Origin: Spirochaetia bacterium
GTDB taxonomy: Bacteria; Spirochaetota; Spirochaetia; DSM-27196; Salinispiraceae
Assembly: GCA_038204425.1 (NCBI GenBank)
Contig: JBBRCZ010000017.1
Location: forward strand, 1-45,683
DNA length: 45,683 nucleotides
Direction of reading: 5' to 3'
The translations under genes and the position numbers were made by a program. Of the stretch, positions 9,195 through 17,862 are shown in pieces. Each line of letters starts with the position of its first letter. The first letter of the stretch is position 1. The notes under the pieces are model-generated. The model searched no databases. It saw only the letters and a list, made by a program, of their open reading frames with translations, and was not told the DNA's origin.

Positions 9195-11756
9195 CTATTC
9201 CTGCTTGGTCACTGGACTTAGGTCTAAAAAACGATTTTGAAACTCGGCCAAATCGCTTTCCAAAAGCTGTTCGTCGCTTAAACCGTACTCGACAAAAGGC
9301 AAGACATAAATGCATAGCTCGCTTACCGAGGTCTCGTAGCCATACGACAACAAGGCAAGATCTTGGCTCGAATTGCGCTGCAACAGGCCTCCGACACTGA
9401 GCGCTTGGCCAGATGGGGTTCGTACCCGTGTCGACAGAACGCGCTCGGACGTGCTCAGCTTCTCATCACCACCACCTGCGCCGCGCTTAGAAATGGTTGC
9501 CGAGAGGTTCATGGTAATCATGCCGTCACCTGACACCCAACCGTTGAGTGAAACGATTAGCCCACTCGTAATTTCGCGCGTAATGCCCGAGTTTTTTTCT
9601 TTGCCGGTGTCGGGATCAATTTCTGGTTCCAGGTAACGGTAGGTAGAGGTGTTTTGAAACTTGAGCTCTTGCCCCGATAGACCCTGCAAACTGGTGTCTG
9701 CCAAAACTCGTGCTTTGTTGTTACTCAATTTGCTCGAAAGGGCGCTCGTAAAGCTGGCACCCAGACCACTGAGCAGGTCAAAACCTATGTTGAGTGATGG
9801 GCCCAGAGCGCCAACTATAAAGTTGTGATCGCCTTCCACCGTTTCTCTCGTCGAGCTTGAGGCGTTTAAGGTTAGGCTTTCACCTTCCGAATATTCAACC
9901 AACAGAATCTGATAGCGCACTTGTGGTTGCGGTACATCAATGCGAGCTATGTCTTGTTTGATGTGTTCGAATCGTTGTAGCGGACCAGTGTAATACACCA
10001 AAGTATTGCCAGCAGCGACTAGCTCATCCTTGTTAATACTTGGCGGAAGCTGTGCCAATAGATCACTAGTCTGGATGTAGCGCAACCTTATTGGCTGGCT
10101 GTCGGCCTTTACATCTACGGCTTGGAGCCAAGCCAGAAGCCGATCTTGATTGCCGCTTGAGATCGTAAATTGCAGGCTGTTGTTTTCTAAAAAAACTTGC
10201 ACTTCAGATGCGTTAGCCCAAGCCGGAACTCGCGTTGCTACATCCTTAGCTCGTTGATTAAGGCACTGATAGACATACAGTTTTCTGCCGTAATTGGCTT
10301 TGTCTACTTGGGCGACAAAGGCCTTAAAGTAGCGAATTTCTTGTTCCAAACCATATAAAATGAGCGAGTTGTTATCTTTGTCGATGCGATAGAGCGCTGC
10401 TGACACTAGATCCGGCGCAAGCAAGGCACTTAAGTCGCCAACTGGTACATATTTGAGAACCAAGACCTCGCTACGCTTAAGATGTCTAAAAACATCTCGC
10501 TTGCTGCCTTCGATCACGTAACACAGCGAAGTGCTAAACACGAAGTCGAGATTGCTTAGTTCGCACAGAAGCCGCAATAATTCATCTCTTGTCTTAGCTT
10601 TGTAGGAGAGTTTTTCTAAGACCATGTCGGTACGAACAAGTACGCTTAGCTCAAATCCTGCTTGACTGGCCAAATTGCTTAAAACGTCACCCAGTCGAGC
10701 TTTGTCTAGCTCAAGTGACCACAAACCCTGGCCTGATGGTGCAAGCGTAAATGACCCATTGGATAGCTTATCTGCAGGATTCGTCTTTGATTTTTCAGCG
10801 GTAATGAACCAAGCGGCGGCCTTTTTTTCTATGATGAATCCCGGTAGCTGCGCCATAATTAGAGGAAAAAGCTCGTCAATTTTTCCGCGATAATACGAGA
10901 TGCTTATGTGCTTGCTTGGCAGTGACTCATAAACTATGCTGACGGCAAGTTTCTGGCTAATGCTCTGCAACAAATCCTGGGCGGCTACACCCGAGGTGTT
11001 GACGACAAGCGTGCCGTCAGCTTCCTTAAACAATTTGATGCGCGACACAAGCCAGGCATCGCCTTGCTTTTCTATAAAAAGCCCGTAGCGCTTTAAAAAA
11101 GCGTCCATTACGCCTGACAAAGTTCCTTTTGGAAAATACCAAGCACCCTGACCAGAAACTGTCTGGTCAGCTATGATAGCCACCGAAGTTACCAGAGAAA
11201 TTCCCTGAATTATGTCGGTAAGTGCTTGGGGCGTAAAATCTAGGGCTTCTATGGCAATTTCGGGCAAAACTGAGTTTTGTTGTCCCCAGTTTGTCATCGG
11301 AACAAAGAGCAATAGTCCTGCTAACATGGCTGGAGCCAAAGGCAAACGCAAACAGCGCTTAGAGTCCAAACTGCCCTTGCCCGCTAGGCCTGCTAAAAAA
11401 AAGACCAGCCCAGCGCTAATCATCGCAAGCAAGGCATGCATGCTGCCAGCCAACCAACCTGCAAAAAGCAGGCGTAAATCAGCAAAACCGATGATTAAAC
11501 GCTTACTTTCTGACATTGAACCAGTTGTTAGCAAAAACATGGCGCCAGAAAAAAACCATGTTAGCTCTGGAATGCTCAAGTTGGAGGGATACAATGACTT
11601 CTTGAGGATAAGAAGCAGAAGCAAGGCGCAACTAGCCAAATTGAGCGCCACTAGAGGCATAAACAGAGTTTGCGCATCAAACCAGGCGGCGTAGAGGAGA
11701 CAGAGCAAGGCGAGGAGTTTTAAAAATAGGGTGACTGCATAAATAAAGTCGTTCAT
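9195..11756 (-). CDS. gspD: Fusion of an A24 prepilin peptidase (aa ~1-150) and a GspD-like secretin
   Basis: N-terminal AAWFD, IGFADLRLL, LPLAPAML (A24 aspartic-peptidase motifs). C-terminal IDVPQPQV, ARVLADTSL..LSGQ, ERVLSTRVRTPSGQALSVGGLL, SELCIYVLP (secretin domain). Confidence 0.82.
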   Translation of the reverse strand: MNDFIYAVTLFLKLLALLCLLYAAWFDAQTLFMPLVALNLASCALLLLLILKKSLYPSNLSIPELTWFFSGAMFLLTTGSMSESKRLIIGFADLRLLFAGWLAGSMHALLAMISAGLVFFLAGLAGKGSLDSKRCLRLPLAPAMLAGLLLFVPMTNWGQQNSVLPEIAIEALDFTPQALTDIIQGISLVTSVAIIADQTVSGQGAWYFPKGTLSGVMDAFLKRYGLFIEKQGDAWLVSRIKLFKEADGTLVVNTSGVAAQDLLQSISQKLAVSIVYESLPSKHISISYYRGKIDELFPLIMAQLPGFIIEKKAAAWFITAEKSKTNPADKLSNGSFTLAPSGQGLWSLELDKARLGDVLSNLASQAGFELSVLVRTDMVLEKLSYKAKTRDELLRLLCELSNLDFVFSTSLCYVIEGSKRDVFRHLKRSEVLVLKYVPVGDLSALLAPDLVSAALYRIDKDNNSLILYGLEQEIRYFKAFVAQVDKANYGRKLYVYQCLNQRAKDVATRVPAWANASEVQVFLENNSLQFTISSGNQDRLLAWLQAVDVKADSQPIRLRYIQTSDLLAQLPPSINKDELVAAGNTLVYYTGPLQRFEHIKQDIARIDVPQPQVRYQILLVEYSEGESLTLNASSSTRETVEGDHNFIVGALGPSLNIGFDLLSGLGASFTSALSSKLSNNKARVLADTSLQGLSGQELKFQNTSTYRYLEPEIDPDTGKEKNSGITREITSGLIVSLNGWVSGDGMITMNLSATISKRGAGGGDEKLSTSERVLSTRVRTPSGQALSVGGLLQRNSSQDLALLSYGYETSVSELCIYVLPFVEYGLSDEQLLESDLAEFQNRFLDLSPVTKQE

Positions 11757-12234
11757 ACACCGCTATAACGGCTTGCTTTGGCTGTTTGATTTTATGATTG
11801 GAAGAAAAATTGCAGCAATCTAGGATATTTTGTGGACTCTTGATGGCCAGCTGAATAAGGTAAGATTAACCCGCTTTCTGGGTCGTCGGTTTGTTCTAAA
11901 GTTAGTGTCTGCAAATTGGTCTGTTCTGCGGCCAATTGGATCGGGCACTTGGTAGCAACAATGGGCTTCAATAGCCAAGCCTGTTGCGCTGACTTGCAGC
12001 CTGCCGCCAGAAAGAACCATCTCCAGCGCTTGGTCTGGTAGACTGTGGCGCGAGCGGATGACGCCCCCTTCATGGCTGATCCACTGCTTGAGGCAGCGAG
12101 GATACTGACTTTAACGTCAAAGCGACGATCATGGCCATGGCGGTTCTTATTGAATGGCTTGGGTCAAAAGATAGGTTCATGCCAGGTATACGCTCGTTAA
12201 TTGGCATTTGATTGTGCTTCTGGCACGGAACATT

Positions 12235-12292
12235 GGGGGGACATTTGGGGACAGAGCTTCGCAGGGGGGACATTTGGGGACAGAGCTTCGCA
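12235..12292 (+). repeat. Perfect 2 x 29-bp tandem repeat, each unit carrying GGGGACAGAGCT
   Basis: GGGGGGACATTTGGGGACAGAGCTTCGCA at 12235-12263 and 12264-12292. Confidence 0.95.
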
Positions 12293-12345
12293 GGGCCCGA
12301 TGACCCTGCGTTTGAATGTATAAACTTTGTATTATGGATTTGTTT

Positions 12346-12386
12346 CTTTGGCGACTGCTTTGGGAGACTGCTTTGGGGACAGAGCT
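12346..12386 (+). repeat. Degenerate triple tandem ending in an exact 12-mer copy
   Basis: CTTTGGCGACTG / CTTTGGGAGACTG / CTTTGGGGACAGAGCT. Confidence 0.75.
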
Positions 12387-12429
12387 AAACTTCAACGTTT
12401 CAATTAGTGTTTAGCAGCCTTCGGAGACT

Positions 12430-13104
12430 TCAAAGATCCGTGCGCTTGGCAACCACACGAGATATCAGTCCGTACTTTTTGGCTTCTTCAGCCGAAAGCC
12501 AATAGTCTCGATCAGTATCTTTAGATACTTGGTCGATTGACTTTCCAGTTTCGTCTGCAATCATCTTGTTTATGCGCTCTCGTGTCTTTTCGATCTCTTT
12601 GGCATGAATTTCGATATCCGTCGCAACACCGCGCATGCCCGAAAGTGGTTGATGAATAAGGTAGTGACTATTAGGCAAGCCGACCCGACGTTCAGCAGGT
12701 GCAGCCAAGAGAATAAGTGCTCCTGCAGACGCGACTAAGCCCATTCCGATGGTCCATACTGGACAGGCCACAAATCGTATCATATCAAAAATGGCGTAAC
12801 CTGCGTCAACGTCACCACCGGGGGAGTCGATGAAGATCCTGATGTCATCGTTGCTTGTCGCTTCGAGTACCAAAAGACTGCGCACCACCCGTTCTGCAAG
12901 ATTTTTATCGACCACACCAGACAAAAGAATCGACCTTGTCTTGAGCATGCGCGCCATCAGCGGATCCATACCCGACTGTATTTTTTCTTCTGATTCTTCG
13001 GCTTCTTCCTCTCCATCGAGGCGAGCCCTGCTTTGTATCAACGCAACCTTTTCACTTGGTGCGTTAGAGACAAGAAATTGATTATTGTTCTTCACATGAT
13101 TCAT
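12430..13104 (-). CDS. clpP: ATP-dependent Clp protease proteolytic subunit
   Basis: IDSPGG, GLVASAG (catalytic Ser), LIHQP (His), DTDRDYWLSAEEAKKYGLI. Confidence 0.96.
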   Translation of the reverse strand: MNHVKNNNQFLVSNAPSEKVALIQSRARLDGEEEAEESEEKIQSGMDPLMARMLKTRSILLSGVVDKNLAERVVRSLLVLEATSNDDIRIFIDSPGGDVDAGYAIFDMIRFVACPVWTIGMGLVASAGALILLAAPAERRVGLPNSHYLIHQPLSGMRGVATDIEIHAKEIEKTRERINKMIADETGKSIDQVSKDTDRDYWLSAEEAKKYGLISRVVAKRTDL

Positions 13105-13112
13105 AATTCAAC

Positions 13113-13141
13113 AATATACTGCAGGAATGGAGTATATGCAA
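13113..13141 (-). promoter_or_regulatory. Putative sigma70 promoter of clpP
   Basis: Minus strand TTGCAT-17 bp-TATATT, ending 8 nt before the ATG at 13104. Confidence 0.5.
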
Positions 13142-13146
13142 AGCTT

Positions 13147-14172
13147 ATGAGTAAATCTGCCTTCGTCGCTATAGTAGGCCGTCCATCCGCCGGTAAAAGC
13201 ACTTTAATTAACGCCCTCTGCGCGCACAAAGTGTCTATAGTTAGCCCAGTTCCGCAAACCACGCGAAATACTGTCCGTGGCATTGTAACCAAAAACGATG
13301 ATCAATTGGTCTTCGTTGATACTCCTGGTTATCATCAATCCGAAAAAAAAATCAACAACCGTTTGGGAGGTCTCGTTAAGGGCAGTCTCGATGATGCGGA
13401 TCTTACCCTCTACGTAATTGACTCACAACGACCAGCGGGCGAAGAAGAAGAGCTTTTGGCCAAGCAAGTTATTAAGGCAGCTAAGCCAGTTATTGTTGCC
13501 TACAACAAATGCGACGTCGGCAGTTCACGTGCCGCACGAGAGTTTGTCGCGCAAATTTTTGCCGAGTCAACAACTGTAATAGCTAGTTCAGAAGAGCAAG
13601 AAGTAGATGAAGAAAAGAATGGGGACAGAGCTAAAAAACTGACCACCCAAGTTCCCGTTGGTGAATTTGACATTAGTGCAATAAATGGTGATGGTGTAAC
13701 AGAACTATCCCAATTCCTGTTTGACCTAGCGCCAGAAGGGCATGCGTGGTATCCTAGTGAGTACTACACAGATCAAGACCCCGAGTTTCGCATCGCAGAA
13801 ATAATCCGTGAACAAGTTATGAACAAAACGCGCGAAGAAATTCCGCATGCCGCCTACGTTGACATCGAGGATCTTCAAGTGGTTCTACCAGATGGTAGTC
13901 CTGCGCCAGCCGACTATGATGCGAGCCAAGCCTGGGAGCTACCCGTTAGTAAACGTCCGCGACTGCTTATCACGGCCGATATAATAATTGAACGTGAAAG
14001 CCAAAAGGGTATAGTAATCGGCAAGGGTGGCAGTTTAATCAAGAAGATTAGGGAGGAAGCAGAAAAAGAAATACGCGAACTCTTTCCTTACTATATTGAC
14101 CTAACACTACGTATAAAAGTCGACCCCAAATGGCGTGGAGACGACAAAATTTTGAGTAGGTTACTTCACTAG
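13147..14172 (+). CDS. era: GTPase Era with two lineage-specific insertions
   Basis: Start re-set to ATG 13147 (MSKSAFVAIVGRPSAGKST). PQTTR, DTPG, NKCD, ISA; KH domain IAEIIRE...ESQKGIVIGKGG. Confidence 0.96.
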   Translation: MSKSAFVAIVGRPSAGKSTLINALCAHKVSIVSPVPQTTRNTVRGIVTKNDDQLVFVDTPGYHQSEKKINNRLGGLVKGSLDDADLTLYVIDSQRPAGEEEELLAKQVIKAAKPVIVAYNKCDVGSSRAAREFVAQIFAESTTVIASSEEQEVDEEKNGDRAKKLTTQVPVGEFDISAINGDGVTELSQFLFDLAPEGHAWYPSEYYTDQDPEFRIAEIIREQVMNKTREEIPHAAYVDIEDLQVVLPDGSPAPADYDASQAWELPVSKRPRLLITADIIIERESQKGIVIGKGGSLIKKIREEAEKEIRELFPYYIDLTLRIKVDPKWRGDDKILSRLLH

Positions 14173-14202
14173 GTCAAAATCACTGGCTCAGGTTTTTTTG
14201 AC

Positions 14203-14976
14203 TTACTTGAGACGCGATTCCACTCGACCATCTTGATAGCCGATGTAGACTTGAGCCACTGGACAGGTAAATATTCCAACTTCCAAGACTCCAGGTAGTG
14301 ATTTAAGAAACCTCTCCGTGCTGGTTGGATTGAGCTCTGTCCCCAAAGGCAGGCCTTTGGGAAATCGCGCATCGAGAATATGGAGGCCATTGTCAGTTAG
14401 CAATGGCCCGATCTTTCCTGATCCTTCTCGAAGTGTAGCAACAGCTCCAAGTGATTCAACAACCCTCCGCACAGACTCTCGCGCCATTGGCATTATTTCA
14501 ATCGGTACTGCAAACGTGGAACCAAGTAAGTCGACGAGCTTGGTCTCATCGACTACCACAACAAATCTTTTGGCTCGGTGTTCAATTAGCTTTTCTCGAG
14601 CGTGGGCCGCGCCACCACCTTTTATTAAAAAACCTTGTGGGCTTACTTCGTCTGCCCCATCAAAGGCGAGATCAATACCTTGTGCAAACACTGCGTCATT
14701 CAACTCTCCAACATTGAGCCCCAAGGCCCTTGCGATATCATGTGACTGGGAACTTGTAGCTACACACAATGGACTATAGGTCAGACCAGCGTCGACCCAT
14801 GGACCTTTTTTCTCTTCGTTGGCGGTTGTAACAATTTGAGCCAGATATCTGATGCCCCAAATGGCGGTAGTTCCAGTTCCCAAGCCAATTAGAGCGGCTC
14901 TGTCCCTCGGAAGAAAGGCCAGCTCTCGATGGACCATGGTTTCGGCTACTATTTTTTTCAGTTCATTTGTTATCAT
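14203..14976 (-). CDS. rpiA: Ribose-5-phosphate isomerase A
   Basis: IGLGTGTT, DLAFDGADEV, IKGGGAAHAREK, VDETKLV, TDNG, PGVLEVGIF. Confidence 0.95.
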   Translation of the reverse strand: MITNELKKIVAETMVHRELAFLPRDRAALIGLGTGTTAIWGIRYLAQIVTTANEEKKGPWVDAGLTYSPLCVATSSQSHDIARALGLNVGELNDAVFAQGIDLAFDGADEVSPQGFLIKGGGAAHAREKLIEHRAKRFVVVVDETKLVDLLGSTFAVPIEIMPMARESVRRVVESLGAVATLREGSGKIGPLLTDNGLHILDARFPKGLPLGTELNPTSTERFLKSLPGVLEVGIFTCPVAQVYIGYQDGRVESRLK

Positions 14977-14997
14977 TGTTTGCCTTTTACCACGAAT

Positions 14998-17862
14998 TCA
15001 TTGACTAATTCCAGCTCTGTCCCCAAATATAGTCTGCCCATAGATGCGCAGGCCAAAATAGAAGTCGTTAATACTTAGTGGTTTGTTGATTAGAACGTCG
15101 GGACGGAACCGAAATCCTACGTGAAATTCCAAAGGTAGCTCAGAATAGAAGTATCTAGCCATGGTCAAAAACGCCAGTTCGGTGTCAATATAACCAACCC
15201 ACTCAGCCTGCCAGTCAGCGAATCCAATGCCACTAGAAAGAGAAATATACGCCGCCGTTCTATCAAAAGGGATGGACAACAGTCTATCGTCGATCATCGC
15301 CCCTTTTCCCATAAACCGAAGTTCTGCTCTAACGAATCCTTCGTACTCGGAAGTCGCCCAGAGGTCATTGAGTGGCCTGAACCAAGAAGCGGCAATAGAA
15401 CTTGGCGACCAAGAAGCTCCCAAATTCAATCCAAGAATTGCACTTCCAAGGTCAGATGCTAGTCTAAAATCCAGTCCTGACACCATTACCGACGACAAAT
15501 CCGTTGCTAAGGTCGAACCGGACACTCCCACCTTAAGCACCAGTCCTTCAGAATCAAAGACATCAAGAATAGCCCTCGGTGCTTTGTGATTCAAAGTGAG
15601 TGCTGCATTCCAATCAAATGACGTCTCTGGCTGAATTTCCAAACCATCAACAAAGTTGAAGCTCTGTCCCCGTTTACCTGTCCAGTTAGATACCAAGAGA
15701 ATGTCACCTTGCAATTTAGTAAGCTGACCCGTCGAACTAGAATCTGTAATAATCGGAAAGTTTGCCGCAAGCGAAGCAAATCTACGGCTATTCCACGTAA
15801 GTTCCGGCTCTTCATTAGATTCAACTTGGAAACGCTGGCTTGGGTAGTAGCTCTGTCCAAAGTTTAGTACCAGTCTAAGTCCAACAAATGAAATTGCGAG
15901 GCCTCCATGGACCTCCAACTGATTATGCTCTGGCAAAAAAAGTGCGCCAAAAGTGCTTTGAGTATGTCCTATCGCTGAAGCACCTTGCGTCGCAAATCCT
16001 ATTCCAAATCCAGCATTTGTATAAGATGGCAAGGGATACCAAACACTTGGCCAAGGAACGTCTATCAATTCACGCACGCTGCTTTCGATCGGAAAGTCAT
16101 AGCCGGCCACTACTAACTCTCCACGTTCAAAATAGCTCTTCCATATAATTTCTTGTTTCGTCAGATAGGAGGGCTTGATCTTAGAAAAACCGGGTACGGA
16201 TTCCAGGTTTAAATCACTAAGTGCTACTTGCTTGAGCCTAAGTCCATCCGCGGTCCATGTTGAATAGATGACTGACTCATCCAAAAAAATTGGATTCCAA
16301 GCACCGACGGGATCCAGCAAAAATCGAACAATCCCTTTCTCAGTAAACATATAGATTGCAATTTCGTCTTCTCGGTCAGATGAAAAGTAGAAATTGCCAT
16401 TTTTATCAAAAATTGGAGCAAATTCAAATGCTTGGTCGTGAGTTATTTGCTTTAGTCGGCCACTAGTAAGATCAAAGAGTGCAATGTCTGAATTGCCCGC
16501 TTCATTTAGGACTAAGCCCAGGGTGCCACCATCTGGCGAAAATACAATCTTTGTTACCGAAGGAAGTCCATCCATTGGTGAAATTCCACCACTATTTAGA
16601 TCTATCTCCACCATGCCCCAGTTGTCCGATTTTCTCTGAACCGCGAAGGCTCTCTTTCCGTCGGGGGACAGAGCTGGATTCAATAGCCCTCTGGCCAAAC
16701 CCAATCTCTTCACATCAACTACTGTATTTTTCGAATTCAAGGTGTACAGCATCAAATCAGCCTTCTGATATTCGATTTCCAAGCCACTAACGGAGGGTTC
16801 CGTTCTGGAGATCAGTACTTTGGAGCCGGCCTGATCGACAGACCAGGCTTGAATTTGCCCCCCAATTCCTTCAATCTGCTCAACTACCCCGTCTTGATTC
16901 AGAAATGCAAATGTGGTCGCTTGGTCGAGTCTCGCCATTCGAAAGAATATTCCGCGATCAGTGGCTCTTGGTTCCAACCACTGTTCTTGCATACCACTAT
17001 CTCTGGTGCCCATTATGAGTGCATTGTTTGGCCGATATTTTTCAGAAAATCGTTCCCGCGCATGCTGAACTATCTGGGACCAAAGTAGTTCTGGATCAAT
17101 TTGAAACACCTGCCTAATGGCGTGATCTTCGTTCATCAGTGGATGTTCCACTTGATACTTCCATAGTCGAGAGAAGCTACCCAATCCAAACGTCGTTTCT
17201 ACGTAGTCAACAAATAGCATGTGGCTCAAGTAAGGTCTAATTGCAGCACTACCCTTTAAGTTTGCGTGGGCAGCTTCCGCCCAACTCCACATGCGGTCCT
17301 CAAGAATAGCAGCCTTGTAGTACATTTCATTCCAAACGGAAGAACGGTTTCCATCCAGATAACTGGTAGTACCTTCTAACGAGTGCAAGCCAAGGACAAG
17401 ATTTGCACTGCGCACGTCTTTGCCGAATACATTAGAAACATCATAAAATAGTCCCCAAGGAGCCGAAGCTTGTGTGTAGTGTAAAAACTCATGCAAAAAA
17501 ACGCCGCGTGGATCCCGTTGTAAAGCGACACTGATACTGATCCTCATCGGCATTGGCGAAAAGAAACCACCCCAAGGAGGCATATCCTTAGAGCCTTGCA
17601 CAACCACAACTGGTTCCTCAGGAGATATATAGCCAAAAAATCCCGCGGCCACCGTCCTGACCCACAGTGCATATGAAGCGAGCTTTTTGGCAAAAAACTC
17701 ATCTTCTGTCCTATAGATGAACCTAAATCCATTTGACCTTAACTCCATCCAAGTTGTTTCAATTTTGGGGACAGAGCTCAAAATCTGAACTAGGCCAACG
17801 GGGACAGAGCTCAAAAATAACAACAAAAGTGCGCGCTTCCACATTTGTTTACCGTCCTTCAC
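14998..17862 (-). CDS. Exported protein: HEXXH metallopeptidase-like domain + TolB/PD40 beta-propeller + probable C-terminal beta-barrel
   Basis: Signal peptide; VFLHEFLHY...EG; PALSPDGKR, FSPDGGTL, FYFSSDR repeats; alternating aromatic beta-strands in the C-terminal ~350 aa. Confidence 0.7.
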   Translation of the reverse strand: MKDGKQMWKRALLLLFLSSVPVGLVQILSSVPKIETTWMELRSNGFRFIYRTEDEFFAKKLASYALWVRTVAAGFFGYISPEEPVVVVQGSKDMPPWGGFFSPMPMRISISVALQRDPRGVFLHEFLHYTQASAPWGLFYDVSNVFGKDVRSANLVLGLHSLEGTTSYLDGNRSSVWNEMYYKAAILEDRMWSWAEAAHANLKGSAAIRPYLSHMLFVDYVETTFGLGSFSRLWKYQVEHPLMNEDHAIRQVFQIDPELLWSQIVQHARERFSEKYRPNNALIMGTRDSGMQEQWLEPRATDRGIFFRMARLDQATTFAFLNQDGVVEQIEGIGGQIQAWSVDQAGSKVLISRTEPSVSGLEIEYQKADLMLYTLNSKNTVVDVKRLGLARGLLNPALSPDGKRAFAVQRKSDNWGMVEIDLNSGGISPMDGLPSVTKIVFSPDGGTLGLVLNEAGNSDIALFDLTSGRLKQITHDQAFEFAPIFDKNGNFYFSSDREDEIAIYMFTEKGIVRFLLDPVGAWNPIFLDESVIYSTWTADGLRLKQVALSDLNLESVPGFSKIKPSYLTKQEIIWKSYFERGELVVAGYDFPIESSVRELIDVPWPSVWYPLPSYTNAGFGIGFATQGASAIGHTQSTFGALFLPEHNQLEVHGGLAISFVGLRLVLNFGQSYYPSQRFQVESNEEPELTWNSRRFASLAANFPIITDSSSTGQLTKLQGDILLVSNWTGKRGQSFNFVDGLEIQPETSFDWNAALTLNHKAPRAILDVFDSEGLVLKVGVSGSTLATDLSSVMVSGLDFRLASDLGSAILGLNLGASWSPSSIAASWFRPLNDLWATSEYEGFVRAELRFMGKGAMIDDRLLSIPFDRTAAYISLSSGIGFADWQAEWVGYIDTELAFLTMARYFYSELPLEFHVGFRFRPDVLINKPLSINDFYFGLRIYGQTIFGDRAGISQ
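17767..17811 (+). repeat. Two direct copies of GGGGACAGAGCTCAAAA, 33 bp apart, in the 5' end of the 954-aa gene
   Basis: Copies at 17767 and 17800; encode LSSVP twice on the minus strand. Confidence 0.9.

Noticed and set aside
12235..12386. CRISPR array
   Set aside because: Units are directly adjacent with no unique spacers, there are only 2-3 copies, and no cas genes are in the window.
11792..12395. Short ORFs between gspD and clpP (93, 66, 67, 72 aa)
   Set aside because: No recognisable motifs; they overlap each other and mostly translate the repeat (SSVPKCPP).
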